Positions 14,704-28,305 of a stretch of 64,000 nucleotides of DNA are shown here, piece by piece. Origin of the DNA: Utricularia gibba (taxonomy: Eukaryota; Plantae; Magnoliophyta); NCBI GenBank assembly GCA_002189035.1, contig NEEC01000009.1, forward strand, positions 2,852,001-2,916,000, given 5' to 3'. The notes beneath the pieces were generated by a model, which was not told the DNA's origin, searched no databases, and saw nothing but the letters and a program-made list of their open reading frames with translations. Position 1 is the first letter of the stretch. The number at the start of each line of letters is the position of its first letter. The position numbers were made by a program, and so were the translations under genes.

Positions 14704-16032
14704 TCAGTTGGGCGGGGGAAGAAGATGGCTTCCGCCGCTCTCTTGGAAGTGAACTTGTTTTCGACGTCGGCCGGCACATTGAACGCCGCCTGAAGAACCT
14801 GGGGCGACAGCGCCTTCCACACGGACGTCCTTCCGGCAAGGTGTGTGAACACAGGGCTACCGAGGCAACATGAAGGTAATAAGCGGAACCCTAGATAAGT
14901 GGAATGATGATTTTTGCTTACTCGGGAGTGGTGATGATAGAGAACCAGTCCATGCCGTCGGGATCGGCGATCTTGGAAACCACGAAGAATCGGGGGACGA
15001 TGAACAGATTGCCGGCCTTCACCGTCGTCTCCAGCACGCGCTTCCCATCGACGCCCACGACCTGGACTCTGCCGCCCCGCGGACTACGTAAGTCACCTGT
15101 TGAACTCCAAGATTGTGATGATATTTTATAATATTATAAAGTTTTGTAGTATATTACACACCTGAAGGGCGGAGTCGCAGGAGAATCCTGGGGAACACAT
15201 GGCGGAGCCGTCGAGGCGAACGAGATCCGCCCCAAGTCCGACTTCTCCGACCAACGGCAAATTCTTAGTCGTCAGAACCACCACTTTGCCACCGCCCTTG
15301 ATGTCGGTATCCAGCGGCGCCTCCTCGCAATTCAGGGCCATCCCTGAGTAGTGCTCCTTCTTCGGCTCCGGCATTTTGGTCCCCGGCGCCAGCTTCACGA
15401 TTCCCTTGGCCGATTGGGAACCGACGAGCGTCTTCACGGTGGCTTCGTCCAGATCCCATGCCCTGCTCACGAATTCCGGCGAGAATCCGGTGAATATTCC
15501 ATTGGGACCGGTGAGGTAGAAGTCGGTGAAGGAGCCCGGTTTGTGGGCTTTCGAGGTGTCTCCCAGAAACAGAACCGCGAATTCCGTGTCCTCTTTGTTG
15601 TACCACCATGTGGTTACTCCGAAAGGAAGAGCCACCGCGTCGCCCTTCTTGATTGCCACTACTTTCTCTTCCTTCTCCGGCAACACGATTCCGGCGACTC
15701 CACACCCTGCGACAAAATTCCGGAAATTAGTGCGCACGATATCAACTTACACTGCGGCATTGAGACTGACCCTTCCCATTGTGAATTTTGAAAACAAGGC
15801 ACCGGAAAGTGTAATCGGAGAACAAGCTTTGATTACCTTGGAGAACGTACGCGACTTTGGGGGAATCGGAGTAGCGGGGCAAGGCGAAGCCGTTCTTCTC
15901 TAGGACGAGTTTAGCAGCTCCGATATTGCCGTTTTTAAGCATGGGGAGTTCGTCGGGACACCACGCGTAGTACGCGCCGCCGTCCCCGCCGTAAACCTTC
16001 TTCGCCAGTTTCGGGGATAGATCGATCTCCAT
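14704..16032 (-). CDS. Legumin/glutelin-like bicupin (11S-related RmlC cupin), 4 exons; two -1 frameshifts as sequenced
   Basis: MEIDLSPKLAKKVYGGDGGAYYAW... and MCSPGFSCDSALQ motifs. Exons are 16032-15837, 15706-15162, ~15096-14922 and 14856-14704. One base is missing at C4 15075-15078 and one at G5 14714-14718 relative to the family motifs VRGxGRVQVVG and IFFPPPN*. Confidence 0.88.
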
Positions 16033-16483
16033 TCTCTTCAAGCACGGAAGAAATGGAGCAGGTTACGTAACCTATTTAAGGCTGTGCCGTGCGTAACTAA
16101 TGGCGAGGGAACGCCGTTTGGTAACGTTAACTTCTAACGGATTTGACCAACTATACTAAAATAATTAAATAATGTCCTAATGTGATTTATAGTTTAATTA
16201 CATACCATAAAATCATTAAATTTTATTAAATTCAAATTAATCAATGGTTTCAATCCATTTAAATAATAATTTTTATTTAAAAAAATGTTTAAAGTTAATT
16301 TAATTCATTATAGAATTCAATATGAAATAAATTCAACTTGTTTTTAAAATTCATGCAAATTCATTATTATTATTGTTTTTTATTTTTCTGTGTTTGGGAA
16401 AATGCAAAATACGGATAACCCCCCCTATCTTGTTTGCAGCATCGTCCTGGCAGCGATCAAGGGGTGAGTTTTTCCCAGAATCC

Positions 16484-19438
16484 ATGGCGAGGACCCTGAT
16501 TTCCTCTCCTTTAGTACTCAGGGATCCTCCTCTTCCTTCTCTCCCTCGTCATCTCCATCTTCACAGAGGAAGGCGCGTCAGCACCCAAGTGAAAGCCAGC
16601 CTCCATCATCATATTGCCCATTCAGTTGATTTTAATGGGATAGTTGAGAGAGCTGAGAGCTTGCTCTACGCTTTAGCCGACGCTACTGTGGCGGCGGGGG
16701 ATGCTGGCGGGGCAGTTATCTCTGATTCTGCTGCTACCCAAAAAAGCGGGGGCTGGTTTGGTTTCATTTCCGATTCTATGGAAGTTGTTTTGAAGGTAGG
16801 TATCAGTTTTGTAGGTTTTCTGTTACTGAAATTGGCTTTGTGTTTTATGATATTTCAGTAAAATTATGAACATTTTGAACTGGATGGAGAAATAAGATTC
16901 ACTGTCAGGTCGTCAGTTGAATCAGTTAGAAACTTTCTTTTGCGTTGTTGACGAGGGTCTCAAGTGTGATAGCCATGAGTTCATTTTTTGAGTTTCATTA
17001 GAAAACTTTTTATTTCTGTTCAAATTTCTTTATGCGATGTTTTGAAAATGGATAGCTGAGTGTTGGCATGTGTTTCACTTGTAATAGGTACTTAAGGATG
17101 TCCTGGCGACAGTTCATGTGCCATATGCTTATGGATTTGCAATCATACTGCTCACTGTCCTTGTCAAAATCGCAACGTTTCCATTGACAAAGCAACAGGT
17201 TAGTCGGTTGCATTCTCTTGGCAATCAGTATGTAACTCAATCTCCCAGTCAATTTCAACCGAAACTTCAACATGGTATTTGCTCCAGGTTGAATCCACAC
17301 TGGCAATGCAGAATCTTCAACCAAAGATCAAGGCCATCCAACAAAGATACGCTGGAAATCAAGTGAGCATATTTTTTTAGTATTCTGTCATACAATACTA
17401 TAATAGAGTATTGCTATTGAACCTTCTTTGAGTTGTCTTATACGAGTTTTTATATCCATGCATTAAATTTCTCTAAATGAAAACATTGAAATTAAATATT
17501 CCAACTGAAATCTGGGTTATGCTCCAGGAAAGAATCCAACTTGAAACTGCTCGTTTATACTCCCAGGCAGGGGTGAATCCTCTAGCAGGTAATGCTGTAA
17601 TTCAAGTTGGCTTGCCTAATAATTTCTTAGATGTTCATCTTGCAGTATATGGTTTCTTGAACTGATGTTTGCTTTGCTCCTCTCTCTTAAGAAGATACTT
17701 TTTTTTTTGCTTCATTGAGATACAATACTAAATGTTTCTTAGATGAGTCAGAGTCCAATGTAACCCACCACACTGTGTTACTCATCATTTCAAGAATGCG
17801 TTTGCTTCAGATATAATTTGTCTCCCCCGTTTCCCGTATGAAGGATGCTGTTTTTTTATCAGATTTAAGAAAAATAAAACATGATGCCAATCTTGTTCTG
17901 TTGTGACAGGATGCCTTCCAACCTTGGCTACTATACCTGTGTGGATAGGCTTATACCAGGCTCTCTCGAACGTAGCTAATGAGGTACCAGGGAAAATAAT
18001 ACAGTGTATCACTCTACTTACTGAATCTATAGACTTGAGTTATTTTCTAGTTTTTTAAGGGTTTCTGCATGAAAATAGGGTCTGCTGACTGAAGGATTCT
18101 TTTGGATTCCTTCCTTGGGGGGGCCAACGACAATAGCTGCTCGGCAGAGTGGATCTGGTATTTCATGGTTGTTACCTTTTGTGGTAAGATAAGCCAATGC
18201 TTTTTTTTTTTTTTTTTTGAAAGCAACTAAGAGTTATATACTGGTATTTATAAAAGCAAAACGGAGAAAACTGTAAAGAGAGGAAAATATAGATGCCTAT
18301 CATACACAATGTTTGTTTTCTAAAGAATAACTAATGCATGTCTTTTTCTTATGGAGAGCCTCCATAATAGCCGTCTATGCATGGGAATAGGAACTAAGTT
18401 TGGTGATCTCGTAGAAAACATTTTATGCATTTGCAGGATGGGCATCCTCCACTGGGTTGGAGTGACACTGCAGCGTACCTTGTGTTACCTGTTCTTCTTG
18501 TTGTATCACAATATGTCTCGATGGAAATAATGAAGCCCCCACAAGTAGGTTTTCCATTGAATGGGGATCTCTCTCTTGTTTTCATTTTCTCGGTTCCTTA
18601 TATCCATTTGTATTGATTCGTTCCATGTATCTCATAGACAGAAGATCCTTCTCAAAAGAACACACTTCTCATTCTGAAGTTTCTGCCACTCATGATCGGC
18701 TACTTTTCCCTGTCCGTTCCATCCGGGCTATCCATATACTGGTAATGTATGCTGCATTCAGCTACGTTGATGTCTATTTAGAAGCAAATTCTGCTTGAGC
18801 AGCCTCGCCTAAAACTCTTGGTGTGTATGATAGTGTATCACAATGCTTTTGAGTCCACCATGAAAGGGAATGTTAATCCGAAGTGTAGGTTCACGAACAA
18901 TGTACTCAGCACAGCACAGCAGGTATGGCTACGAAAGCCGGGAGGAGCTAAGCCTGCCGTGAATGAAAATGCTGGTGGGATCATCACCGCCGGACAAGCC
19001 AAACGATCAGGAGTCACCACTCCTGAAAGGAACGGCGAAAGGTAAAAGATTCTGGTTTCCCTCTTCAAGATGTTGACAGTTACATTTGACAGCTAAGAAA
19101 ATCTTCCTTTGAATAGATTCAGCAAATTAAAAGAAGAAGAGAGGAGGAAGAAGAAAACTGCTGCCGCACTTCCTATAGTTGATGTTGAAGCATCTGTTGC
19201 CCCTGCTTCAGACTCTTCTGAAACCGAAACCGAAACCAAAACGGATGCCGAAACAAAGGTTCAAAAATGCTGTGGATATTTATTCTAGCTTCTATGTGAC
19301 CATTGCTTATCAAGTATGTGCGCTGTTTGCTTCCACCAGGAACAAGAAGTTCTTGAGGCGTATGCTTCAAGTGGCGTTAAACCAGTACCTGCAGAACCCC
19401 GGAAAAGCAAACGATCGAGAAGGAAGCGTACGGTATGA
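16484..19438 (+). CDS. ALB3: Thylakoid membrane insertase ALBINO3 (YidC/Oxa1 family), multi-exon
   Basis: Transit peptide followed by QKSGGWFGFISDSMEVVLK, VPYAYGFAIILLTVLVK, ERIQLETARLYSQAGVNPLAG, GLLTEGFFWIPSLGGPT and the ALB3-type C-terminal motif RKSKRSRRKRTV* (TGA 19436-19438). Confidence 0.95.
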
Positions 19439-19694
19439 CAGACAGTGTTTGTATATCTTTGTCGACATAGAAGATTCAGATTCAGATTGATTCATAAATC
19501 ACATAGCGGCCATTTTTGTAACCGGCCAACAGTCGAAGGTGCAACCACTAAGGCCTAGTTGAGAGTGATTATAAGTCGTATTTAAAAAACTGTAATTGAA
19601 TCGTTCATAATAAAAAAAATGGATTAATTTATTATAAGTTATTCGTGAAAAATTTATGATTGAAATATATTTATCTAATATAATGTTATTAAAG

Positions 19695-19712
19695 TATATA
19701 TATATATATATA
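19695..19712. repeat. (TA)9 microsatellite
   Basis: Seen directly in the ALB3-MSH7 intergenic region. Confidence 0.8.
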
Positions 19713-19912
19713 TGATACATATTTATTTAAATATAAATAATTTAAATACAATATTAATTAAACCTTACTGACGAATGTTAGCATTATCTGCATTTTGGGA
19801 AAGAAATTATATTTTCTTGATGGAATATGTAATTATTATCCATCTAATTTTGTATAATTTATTTTTAATTATAATTTCCAGCGGGCAGAAGAGGGGGTTG
19901 GGTTTCTCGTTT

Positions 19913-19942
19913 CCCAACGGCTCTGCGTCCAACTTTTGGCGC
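19913..19942 (+). promoter_or_regulatory. MSA-like (CCCAACGGCT) and E2F (TTTGGCGC) elements upstream of MSH7
   Basis: CCCAACGGCT at 19913-19922 and TTTGGCGC at 19935-19942, within 90 bp of the ATG; both match established consensus sequences. Confidence 0.55.
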
Positions 19943-19998
19943 CATTCCTCTAAACCTCGAGGAACCACCGCCCCGCCGCTCTGACTTCTGAAGCCAAA

Positions 19999-22900
19999 AT
20001 GAAGCGGCAGCTATCGATACTCTCGTTTTTCAAAGAGCCGGAACCAATCGTTGATGAAGTCAAAGGGATTGATACTCCGCCGGAGAAGGTGCCGCGGAAG
20101 GTTCTGCCCGACGGCGGGGACTCTCTGTTCTCGAGCATTAAACACAAGTTCTCCAAACTTGAAAGCAGCAAAAAACCTCCGTCCGAAAACAGGTTTATCT
20201 TCTTGATATTTTATATGTCTTTTTTGTTTATAGAAGTTTTTTTTTTTTTTTTTGCATTTTTGTAGTGTTGGGCCTGAAGAAGATTCGTAGATGTCATGTT
20301 CTGCCGCATTTTACTCCAAAAGATGTTTGAGTTATCTTGTTTGTCTGTTTTTTTTTTCCTGCACATTTGGTGGAATCTCTACTTTTGATTGTTATGAAGC
20401 GTTTGGTACGGAAATTTCAAATAACCTCTCTGTAATCTGAAAATGAAGCCTATGCATTTTGAAAATCTTACTTGACGATGTTGTACATTTATTAGGTTTT
20501 TTTTTAGAGTAGAAAATGATGTTACTTAACTATGGGATTCCTCGAAGTGATCAGGTTGTCTTTTGTGTTGTTGCAAGTGCGCTTGTAAAACCAAGAGGCT
20601 TCTAAAGAATTTTTCTATCAGTTATTAATCTGTGCAGGAAAAAAATGATATCTATTTTTTTGCTGCGTTGAGTCATAATTTTCATTATGTACAAGTATTC
20701 ATGGGTGTTCGAGTATCCTCATCTTTTGTGACATGCAGGGTCAATTTGGAAGACATTGCACTTGTTGATACCCGGTCTGCAAAATACCATGGACCAGAAT
20801 TCTTGGACGAAACAGGTTCCTCACCAATAGCAAATTTCACTAAGAATGCTGTCTTTGCTGAAAGGCAAGTTGGTTCAGGACGGGGTAAAAGTCGCTCATT
20901 TCCAAAATGTATGGAGGATGATATTCTTGGGTCAGAAAAGCCTATCGTGAAATCTCTTGTTCCTGGACTGAAGCGTGTCCAGAAGGATACATGTGACTAT
21001 GAGAAAAAGACAGAATTTCATTTGCATGACCAAACAAAAAAGGTTAAACTTCAGCAGGACTCTGGCGCTGTAAATAAAAGTATAGATCTGGATTCTGGAG
21101 TTCTCAGTAAATTTGAATGGCTACATCCATCGCGAATCAAGGATGCTAACGGGCGAAAGCCTTCGGATCCTCTCTATGATGCAAAGACTCTTTACATCCC
21201 TTCTGATGCCCTGAAAAAAATGACAGCATCTCAAAGGCAATATTGGGATGTAAAACGAAACTACATGGATGTGATCCTTTTTTTCAAAGTGGTTAGTTTG
21301 TTATTATCTCCCATTTTCTTTAGCGTTCTTTAAGTCATGTCATGTATTAAGTATTTTATTACTTCAACATGAACTAGGATATCTCATTCGTCTTCCATGG
21401 TATAGTCAATAAATACTTCTTACTTTTGTACTTTATGTCTTTTTCATAAAATTGTGCTTTGTTTTTTACAAATGTTCTCGTTAGCTAATACTATCATTCA
21501 AAACAGGGGAAATTTTATGAGCTGTATGAATTAGATGCTGAAGTTGGTCACAAGGAACTGGATTGGAAAATAACATTGAGTGGCGTAGGAAAATGTAGAC
21601 AAGTAAGCTGTTGCTCTATTTAACGCTTCACATGCAGTGCCCATTATTATGAATTTGTTGTTTTCTGCAGGTTGGTGTATCCGAAAGTGGAATTGATGAT
21701 GCCGTTGAGAAGTTGATTGCTCGTGGGTATGAAAAACTTTTGAACTTCCATTACCTAAGCATGCGATTACTTTTTGTCTGGAACAAAAAAAAAATGTGAA
21801 AAATTTTTAAGATGGTTGTTGAAATTTGGATCCATCCCCACTTGTAGTTAACAAATGTCATTTTTTTCTGACCATTATGATTTCATCATTTCGTTAAACA
21901 TGTTTCAGCAATGTAATATACTTCGTGTTTGATATATCTTAAAGTCTTACCTCTTTAGATCCATAAGATTAGGTTGCAATGCTGAGACTATCCTTATCCC
22001 TGTTTCTTTTGGATTGAAGCTACAAGGTTGGCAGGATGGAACAGCTGGAAACATCTGAACATGCAAAATCTAGGGGGGCTGCATCTGTAAGTTTGTTATT
22101 TAGTTCTCTGGAGATCCAAGGCTTTTATGTTTTGATTGAATTTAAATGAACAAATATGTCAAATCAATGATTACTTTTGAAGAAAAATCTGAATATGTTC
22201 ATATCAAAATGTTCATATCACATAAGGTTGGCAGTGCTTTTTTTTTTTTAATACAGAACCTTAGCTCTCAAAATGTTCATATCACATATGGAGCACTCTA
22301 AGTTACTTCATTACATTAAACCAAGAAATGATGGGTTTTGAGTGTGGTAGTTATTTTAATATTCTCTGCACCGTCTCTGTATACATACTATGTGCTTAAG
22401 TAGCCACTGAATGAGATTGGAGAGACATTCTCAGGTCATTCCAAGAAAGCTGATTCATGTACTGACTCCTGCAACTTCGTACGGAAGTAGTGTTGGACCT
22501 GATGCTGTTCACCTTCTATCATTAAGGGAGGTTAGTTGATGTAACGTTGTCGTTTTTTTACTTTTTATCGTAGTGAGGAAAATGTATGGTGTTTCATTTG
22601 ATAGAGAACATCTTTTTTAAATGGTTATAAAATTTTAATACTGGAGATGCAAGGAAATGCTCCGAAGTTTCTATATCCATCTTCAGATCATGTTACGAGA
22701 AAAACCTATGTATGCAAAGCTCTTTTAATTGAGAACACCTTTTTTATTTGCTTCAACTCAGGATTGTAGCATAGGAAGTTCTTCAAATGCCTTTGGTTTT
22801 GCATTTGTGGATTGCGCTTCTTTAAAATTCTGGGTTGGTTCAATCGCTGATGATGCAGCATGCTCAGCTTTGGGATCTTTGCTGGCGCAGGTATGCTCGT

Positions 22901-25900
22901 TTACTCATTTTTTTTATAATTCCTAATTGGCTTTTACGAGGCATAAATATCACCCATTGTCTTTTGAAGGTATCACCTAAGGAAATTATTTATGAAAACC
23001 AAGGTAAAAATGATGCCTTGCAATACATGGAATGATGTCACTGGATTTTACCATGCATCGCGAAACTGAAGGTCTTTTTTTGGGCTGCTGCTTCATTTTC
23101 TTTCAGGGTTGTCCAATGCTACTAAGAGGTTTCTGAAGAAGTATACCTTGACTGGTTAGCTTTCTTATGATACAATCTTTCATAATTCAATTTAATATCA
23201 TACAAATCTATTGCATCATTCCTTCAAAATGCAGTTTGTATTTTTTCATCTTCTTCTTTGGGATGTACTTTTAACTGTCACATGTCTCCTCAGAAAATTT
23301 TAAATCTTAATGCATATGTAGGATTTATTTTGCTACCGTTCTATCACAGGATCAACAATGCTCCATATAAACCCTAGTGATACTTTTGGAGAAGCCTCAG
23401 AAGTTGAAGCTATGCTTCAGTCAAAAAATTACTTTAATGGATCTTGGTCTCATGCATTTGATGGAATTGAGCTCCATGATCTTGCACTGTGTGCTGTCGG
23501 GGGACTTATTAATCATCTATCCCGACTGATGGTAAGATATTTACTTAAAAAACCCAGAGTTCTTAAATTGAAATTCCTGTATTTTTCTTGATATTTATAA
23601 TTGCCTATGATCTTCTCAGTTAGATGATCTCCTTCGAAATGGTGATATTTTTTCCTATGAAGTCTTCGGAGGATTCCTTAGATTAGATGGTCAAACTCTG
23701 GAAAATTTGGAGATCTTCAATAATAATTCTGATGGTGGTCTATCAGGTCATCGACTTTTCTAACACAATGTCGCATTTCCTAGTTTTTCTGTTTTTTCCT
23801 TCATTTAAATAGTTGATAGATGCAGGTACTCTGTACAAATATCTTGATAACTGTGTCACTTCGTTCGGTAAGCGGCTGCTAAGAAATTGGATTAGCCATC
23901 CACTTCAAGACGCTGGAAAGATAAATAACAGGCTTGCTGTGGTAGAGGACTTCATGGCAAGCCCTGAAATCATGGCAAACCTTTCTCAATTACTTCGAAA
24001 GCTTCCAGATATGGAAAGGTTGTTGGGACGTGTGAAGTCTAGCTTGATGTCTTCTAAAGTGCTGTTGCTGCCTTTCATTGGAAAAAGGATACTGAAACAG
24101 CGTGTAAGTTTCACTTTTTAAAATGTTTTTTTTTTCCTGCACCCGTTGACTTGACATGATTTAATGATACTTGCTCCATGCGTTGGTGCAATAACTGTTT
24201 CTATGTTTAGACACATTCTCATGGAACTCGGACTTAGCTTGGCCATATTTACCAAGTCGGTATAGTGAATCTTTATGTACGGTTTTAGATTAAAAAAAAC
24301 CATTTCTACAGGTAAGAGCGTTTGGGTCACTCATAAAGGGGCTTCGAACTGGAGTTCAAACGTTACTGGTCCTGCAAGATAATGAAATGATGCCAAATTT
24401 CTCCAAAATTGTAGATCTTCCTGCAATTACTGGACCCGATCTTGACGACTCACTTGCTCAGTTTGAAGCTGCAATAGATAGTGACTTTGCAAATTATCAG
24501 GTTGGATTGGGGTCGTGATTGAAGCTATTCTACTCTAGAAGTACAGTTTATCATTGTGATAATTTCTTGACCAATGTCTCCTTAAATGAATCCATAGGAA
24601 AAAAATAAAAAGGCACTTCAGCTGATATTCCATTTCATTTGCATGATTCCATCCTACGAACATGCAAATCTTTTGCTGTTTTTCTTGTTCTCAATTTTGC
24701 ATCCTTGCTTCTTGTGTAGTAGCTCCTTTTTAAGGTCGTTAGGAACTTTCTCTTTTTCCATGTCAGGATCATACTGTTATAGAAGGAGATGCAGAAACAC
24801 TTTCAGTTCTGATAGAGCTTTTCCTTGATAAGGCAGCTCAGTGGTCTCAGGTCATATATGCAATAAGCTGCATTGATGTGCTGAGGTCATTTGCAAGTTC
24901 AGCAGTGTCTTCGTGTGGGGTGATGTGTAGACCAACAGTGCTGCCTTGTTCGAAAGTTGGTAATTCATCAATAGAGGCAACCTGTCCGCTTCTTGTGATG
25001 AAAGGTCTATGGCATCCCTATGCCCTTTGTGATGATGGAGCAGTGCCTGTACCAAATGATGTTCATCTGGGAGACGATAAAAGCAGCTATACTCCTGGTA
25101 CACTTCTGTTGACTGGGCCAAATATGGGTGGCAAATCAACTCTTTTACGTGCTACCTGCTTGAGTGTCATATTGGCCCAGGTTTGTTATTGTTTATCGAT
25201 GCTGTGTTGAACTTGCAGATTTTATCTTGTTAACATATAATGTATTTGCACAGCTGGGCAGTTATGTACCATGTGAAGAATGCACTCTGTCAATTGTAGA
25301 CACCATATTTACTCGACTTGGTGCAACAGATCGAATCATGACAGGAGAGAGTAAGTTGATCAATAAATTCTTTTCTGCACTGTTAAGAATCCATATCCAT
25401 GAAATTTGGAAACTTAAAGATTTGGATATTTAAATGATTTTCTTTCGTGAATGCGACTAGTTCTTGAATAGGGTTAGCTGAAAACTATTAAAATTTTGAC
25501 GTTTGGGCAGGATGATTAATTTTTCCTTTGGCAGGTACATTTCTTGTTGAGTGCTCAGAGACAGCATCAATTTTGCAACATGCTACACAGAACTCACTCG
25601 TGCTTCTTGATGAGTTGGGTCGAGGAACAAGCACTTTTGACGGATACGCAATTGCATATGCTGTGAGATACCCCTTCCATCTTTATAATATGTTTATCCC
25701 TTCATATGCAAGTCACACTTTCCTGGTTGTTTATTGACTGGAAATGTCTAACCTAAATGGTTATTCCTGAAAACGTGTACTTTCTGAGGAGACAAAACGT
25801 CTTGTATACTGTATGTAGCATATACTGCTACTATTTGGTCCCTGGACAGTGGAGTTATTTTTGAAAACCTGAGAATGTCGCCTTCACTGCGCTGACTTTT

Positions 25901-26395
25901 TCCTTATTCGTTGGTAATGTACAGGTCCTGCGTCATCTCATCGAGTCCGTCAACTGCAGGTTGCTGTTTGCTACGCATTATCATTCTCTGACCAAGGAGT
26001 TCGCTTCCCATCCTCGTGTAAAATTACAGCATATGGCTTACTCTTTCGAGAGCACTCCCGGTTCATCCTCCGATGCAGAGCGCAAGCTAGTTTTCCTCTA
26101 TCGCCTAGCATCCGGCGCATGCCCAGAGAGCTATGGAATGCAAATAGCCCTCATGGCTGGAATCCCAAAATCAGTAATTGAAGCAGCATCAAAAGCAGGA
26201 TTGGCATTGAAAGGAACCGTCGGACAATGTTTCAAGTCTAGCGAGCAGAGGGAGAACTTCTCCAGTTACCATGAAGAATGCCTGAAACTTCTTATATCGA
26301 TGTCATCCAAACCGGAGTCAGATTTCAACGACGGCATGTGGGATTCCCTCTGTTGCCTGTGGCACGAGATAAGATCTTTGCCTCTGGTTGGCTGA
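19999..26395 (+). CDS. MSH7: Plant-specific MutS homologue MSH7, multi-exon, apparently intact
   Basis: N-terminus [11 protein letters not shown], mismatch-binding [12 protein letters not shown], Walker [29 protein letters not shown] and GACPESYG. Exons were traced in frame through GT-AG junctions. The short central region is typical of MSH7 rather than MSH6. Confidence 0.93.
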
Positions 26396-26662
26396 AGAAG
26401 ACTCAAGCATGAGACTTATTCACAAGGCGTTTTGTGTTATTGGCAAGCTGAATCAAGGTGCTTTTTTGCTTATTCATGATCAGGGTTTGCCTAAATATGA
26501 GCTTTCTTTGTAGAGCAACTTTAGATCGCAAGGCATGGAATTTCTGCAAATTATGCTAATTCAAGCTCTCGTAGGAGATAATATTAACCGCTTGGATCAC
26601 ACTAAGAACATTGGCCACATATTCAACTTGTTGTCGAGGTGATGAGAGATATTGCAGGAGAA

Positions 26663-28305
26663 TTAGGAACGCAGTAGACGTGACCGAGCAGCAGCTCTCT
26701 CTAACGCTTTCTGCTTGTTGGCCTCCATGCGAGCTTTCTGTTCATCTGAAATCAGATTTTGATTGGCAACTTCTTTGACAGCACGGGTCTCAGGAAAGCT
26801 CAGGGAACAGGAGCTCCTCTCTTCTGCACCTCCACCAGCGCCATCCTGAAAACATGCAGGAATCAGCAACATAACTTGGTTGCATGGATTTCCCTTCACT
26901 GGTTTCTAAGCATTCTTTTGGAAGAAAACACAGTGGGGGGTTGGATGCACGAGAATATAGAAAAAGAAACTGGACCGAAAATGTAGGCATGAAGATGATG
27001 GACATCGAGATCACATGTGGGATAGAGCCTGGAATTTCAAATCAGAGCAAATGAACTCACTTTAATGGAGTCTTCACCAACATCCCCAGGTGACAAATTA
27101 CTAGAGCCTTCATTCTGCTCATTTTGAAACGGTAAGGCACTTCTTTTGGAAGAAAACACAGTGGGGGGTTGGATGCACGAGAATATAGAAAAAGAAACTG
27201 GACCGAAAATGTAGGCATGAAGATGATGGACATCGAGATCACATGTGGGATAGAGCCTGGAATTTCAAATCAGAGCAAATGAACTCACTTTAATGGAGTC
27301 TTCACCAACATCCCCAGGTGACAAATTACTAGAGCCTTCATTCTGCTCATTTTGAAACGGTAAGGCACTTGGCATGTCCATGTTCCCAGAGTCATCTGCA
27401 TTGCCACAAATCAGCATCAAAACAGAGAAACTCAAATAGAAAAACAAGCCTCATGTGCAGGAGGTGAAGGTCATGAAGCAACCAATAGCTCTACTGCAGC
27501 CCAAACATCCCTTCAGTTTCCAGCACAGATTTATACTTGGCGTACCTTTTGTAACAACATGGTTTTGCTTAGGTTGAAGCTCTGTTGGCTCTATTCCATG
27601 AGAAACTTTATCTCGAAGGTCTCCAAGACATACCTACAGGATGAACAGCAGTAATATTAGAATACTGAAAACGCACCAAGGTGTCAGGAGGAAGATCAAA
27701 CGCTTGCCTTGACGCGCCTTGTTGCACCGACTTCTTCAACCTTGTGTATGAATTGATCGAAGTTGTAATAGGGGAGCAGGCGTGAGTGCCATTCAGCATA
27801 CAAGGAAAGCAGGTGCCCTAGATCATCCACCTGCATTATCATGAAACAATGAATTGAAGAAAACTGAATTCGCTATTCCCATTTTCTAGGGCTCCGATTC
27901 AAAAATTGATGGAACGAGAAAGGCGCATCTCAGTAAAAGGCTTCATACAGAGAACTAGAGAAGACGATTGATTGAATATGAGGAAAGAAAAATTGTCACC
28001 TCGTGACCGCGTCCGTGATACTTGAAGGCCTTTGGGAAGTAGCGGAGAACACTGCCGATGCCTGCATCGGAAAGGAGGAGTTCTGGCGTAAGCTTCGGTC
28101 GAGTTTTTTTCTGCCTCGGCTTCTGGATCACCGGAGGAGGTCGCGATCTAGAATTCGCGTTCGACGAGGAAGATTTTAGCGGCGGGTGAGTATCAGAAGC
28201 AGAGGAGCCCAAAACATCGGGCTTCGAAGGGCAGTCCCTCGACCAGTGACCGGGACGGCCGCACTTATAACATCCAGTAGGGGCGGCGCCGCCGGCAGCG
28301 CTCAT
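26663..28305 (-). CDS. Zinc-knuckle Swi3/Csm3/TIPIN replication fork protection protein, multi-exon
   Basis: CCHC knuckle CYKCGRPGHWSRDC, Swi3 domain RPKLTPELLLS...KYHGRGHE/VDDLGHLLSLYAEWHSRLLPYYNFDQFIHKVEEVG, and the C-terminal ISDEQKARMEANKQKALERAAAR motif. Confidence 0.88.
26913..27368. repeat. Perfect 228-bp tandem duplication (26913-27140 and 27141-27368) within the TIPIN gene
   Basis: Direct comparison shows both copies running ttcttttggaagaaaacacagtgggggg...ttttgaaacggtaaggcac with no differences seen. Confidence 0.95.

Noticed and set aside
15265-15903. Long alternative-frame and antisense ORFs over the cupin; similar ones over EBF (34627-36468), ANTH (42813-43283) and BOP (50851-52306)
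   Set aside because: They are shadows of real coding sequence caused by codon bias or high GC.
22005-22020. TTTGGATTGAAG, matching the start of miR159
   Set aside because: It is the polypyrimidine tract and AG acceptor of an MSH7 exon, and there is no hairpin.
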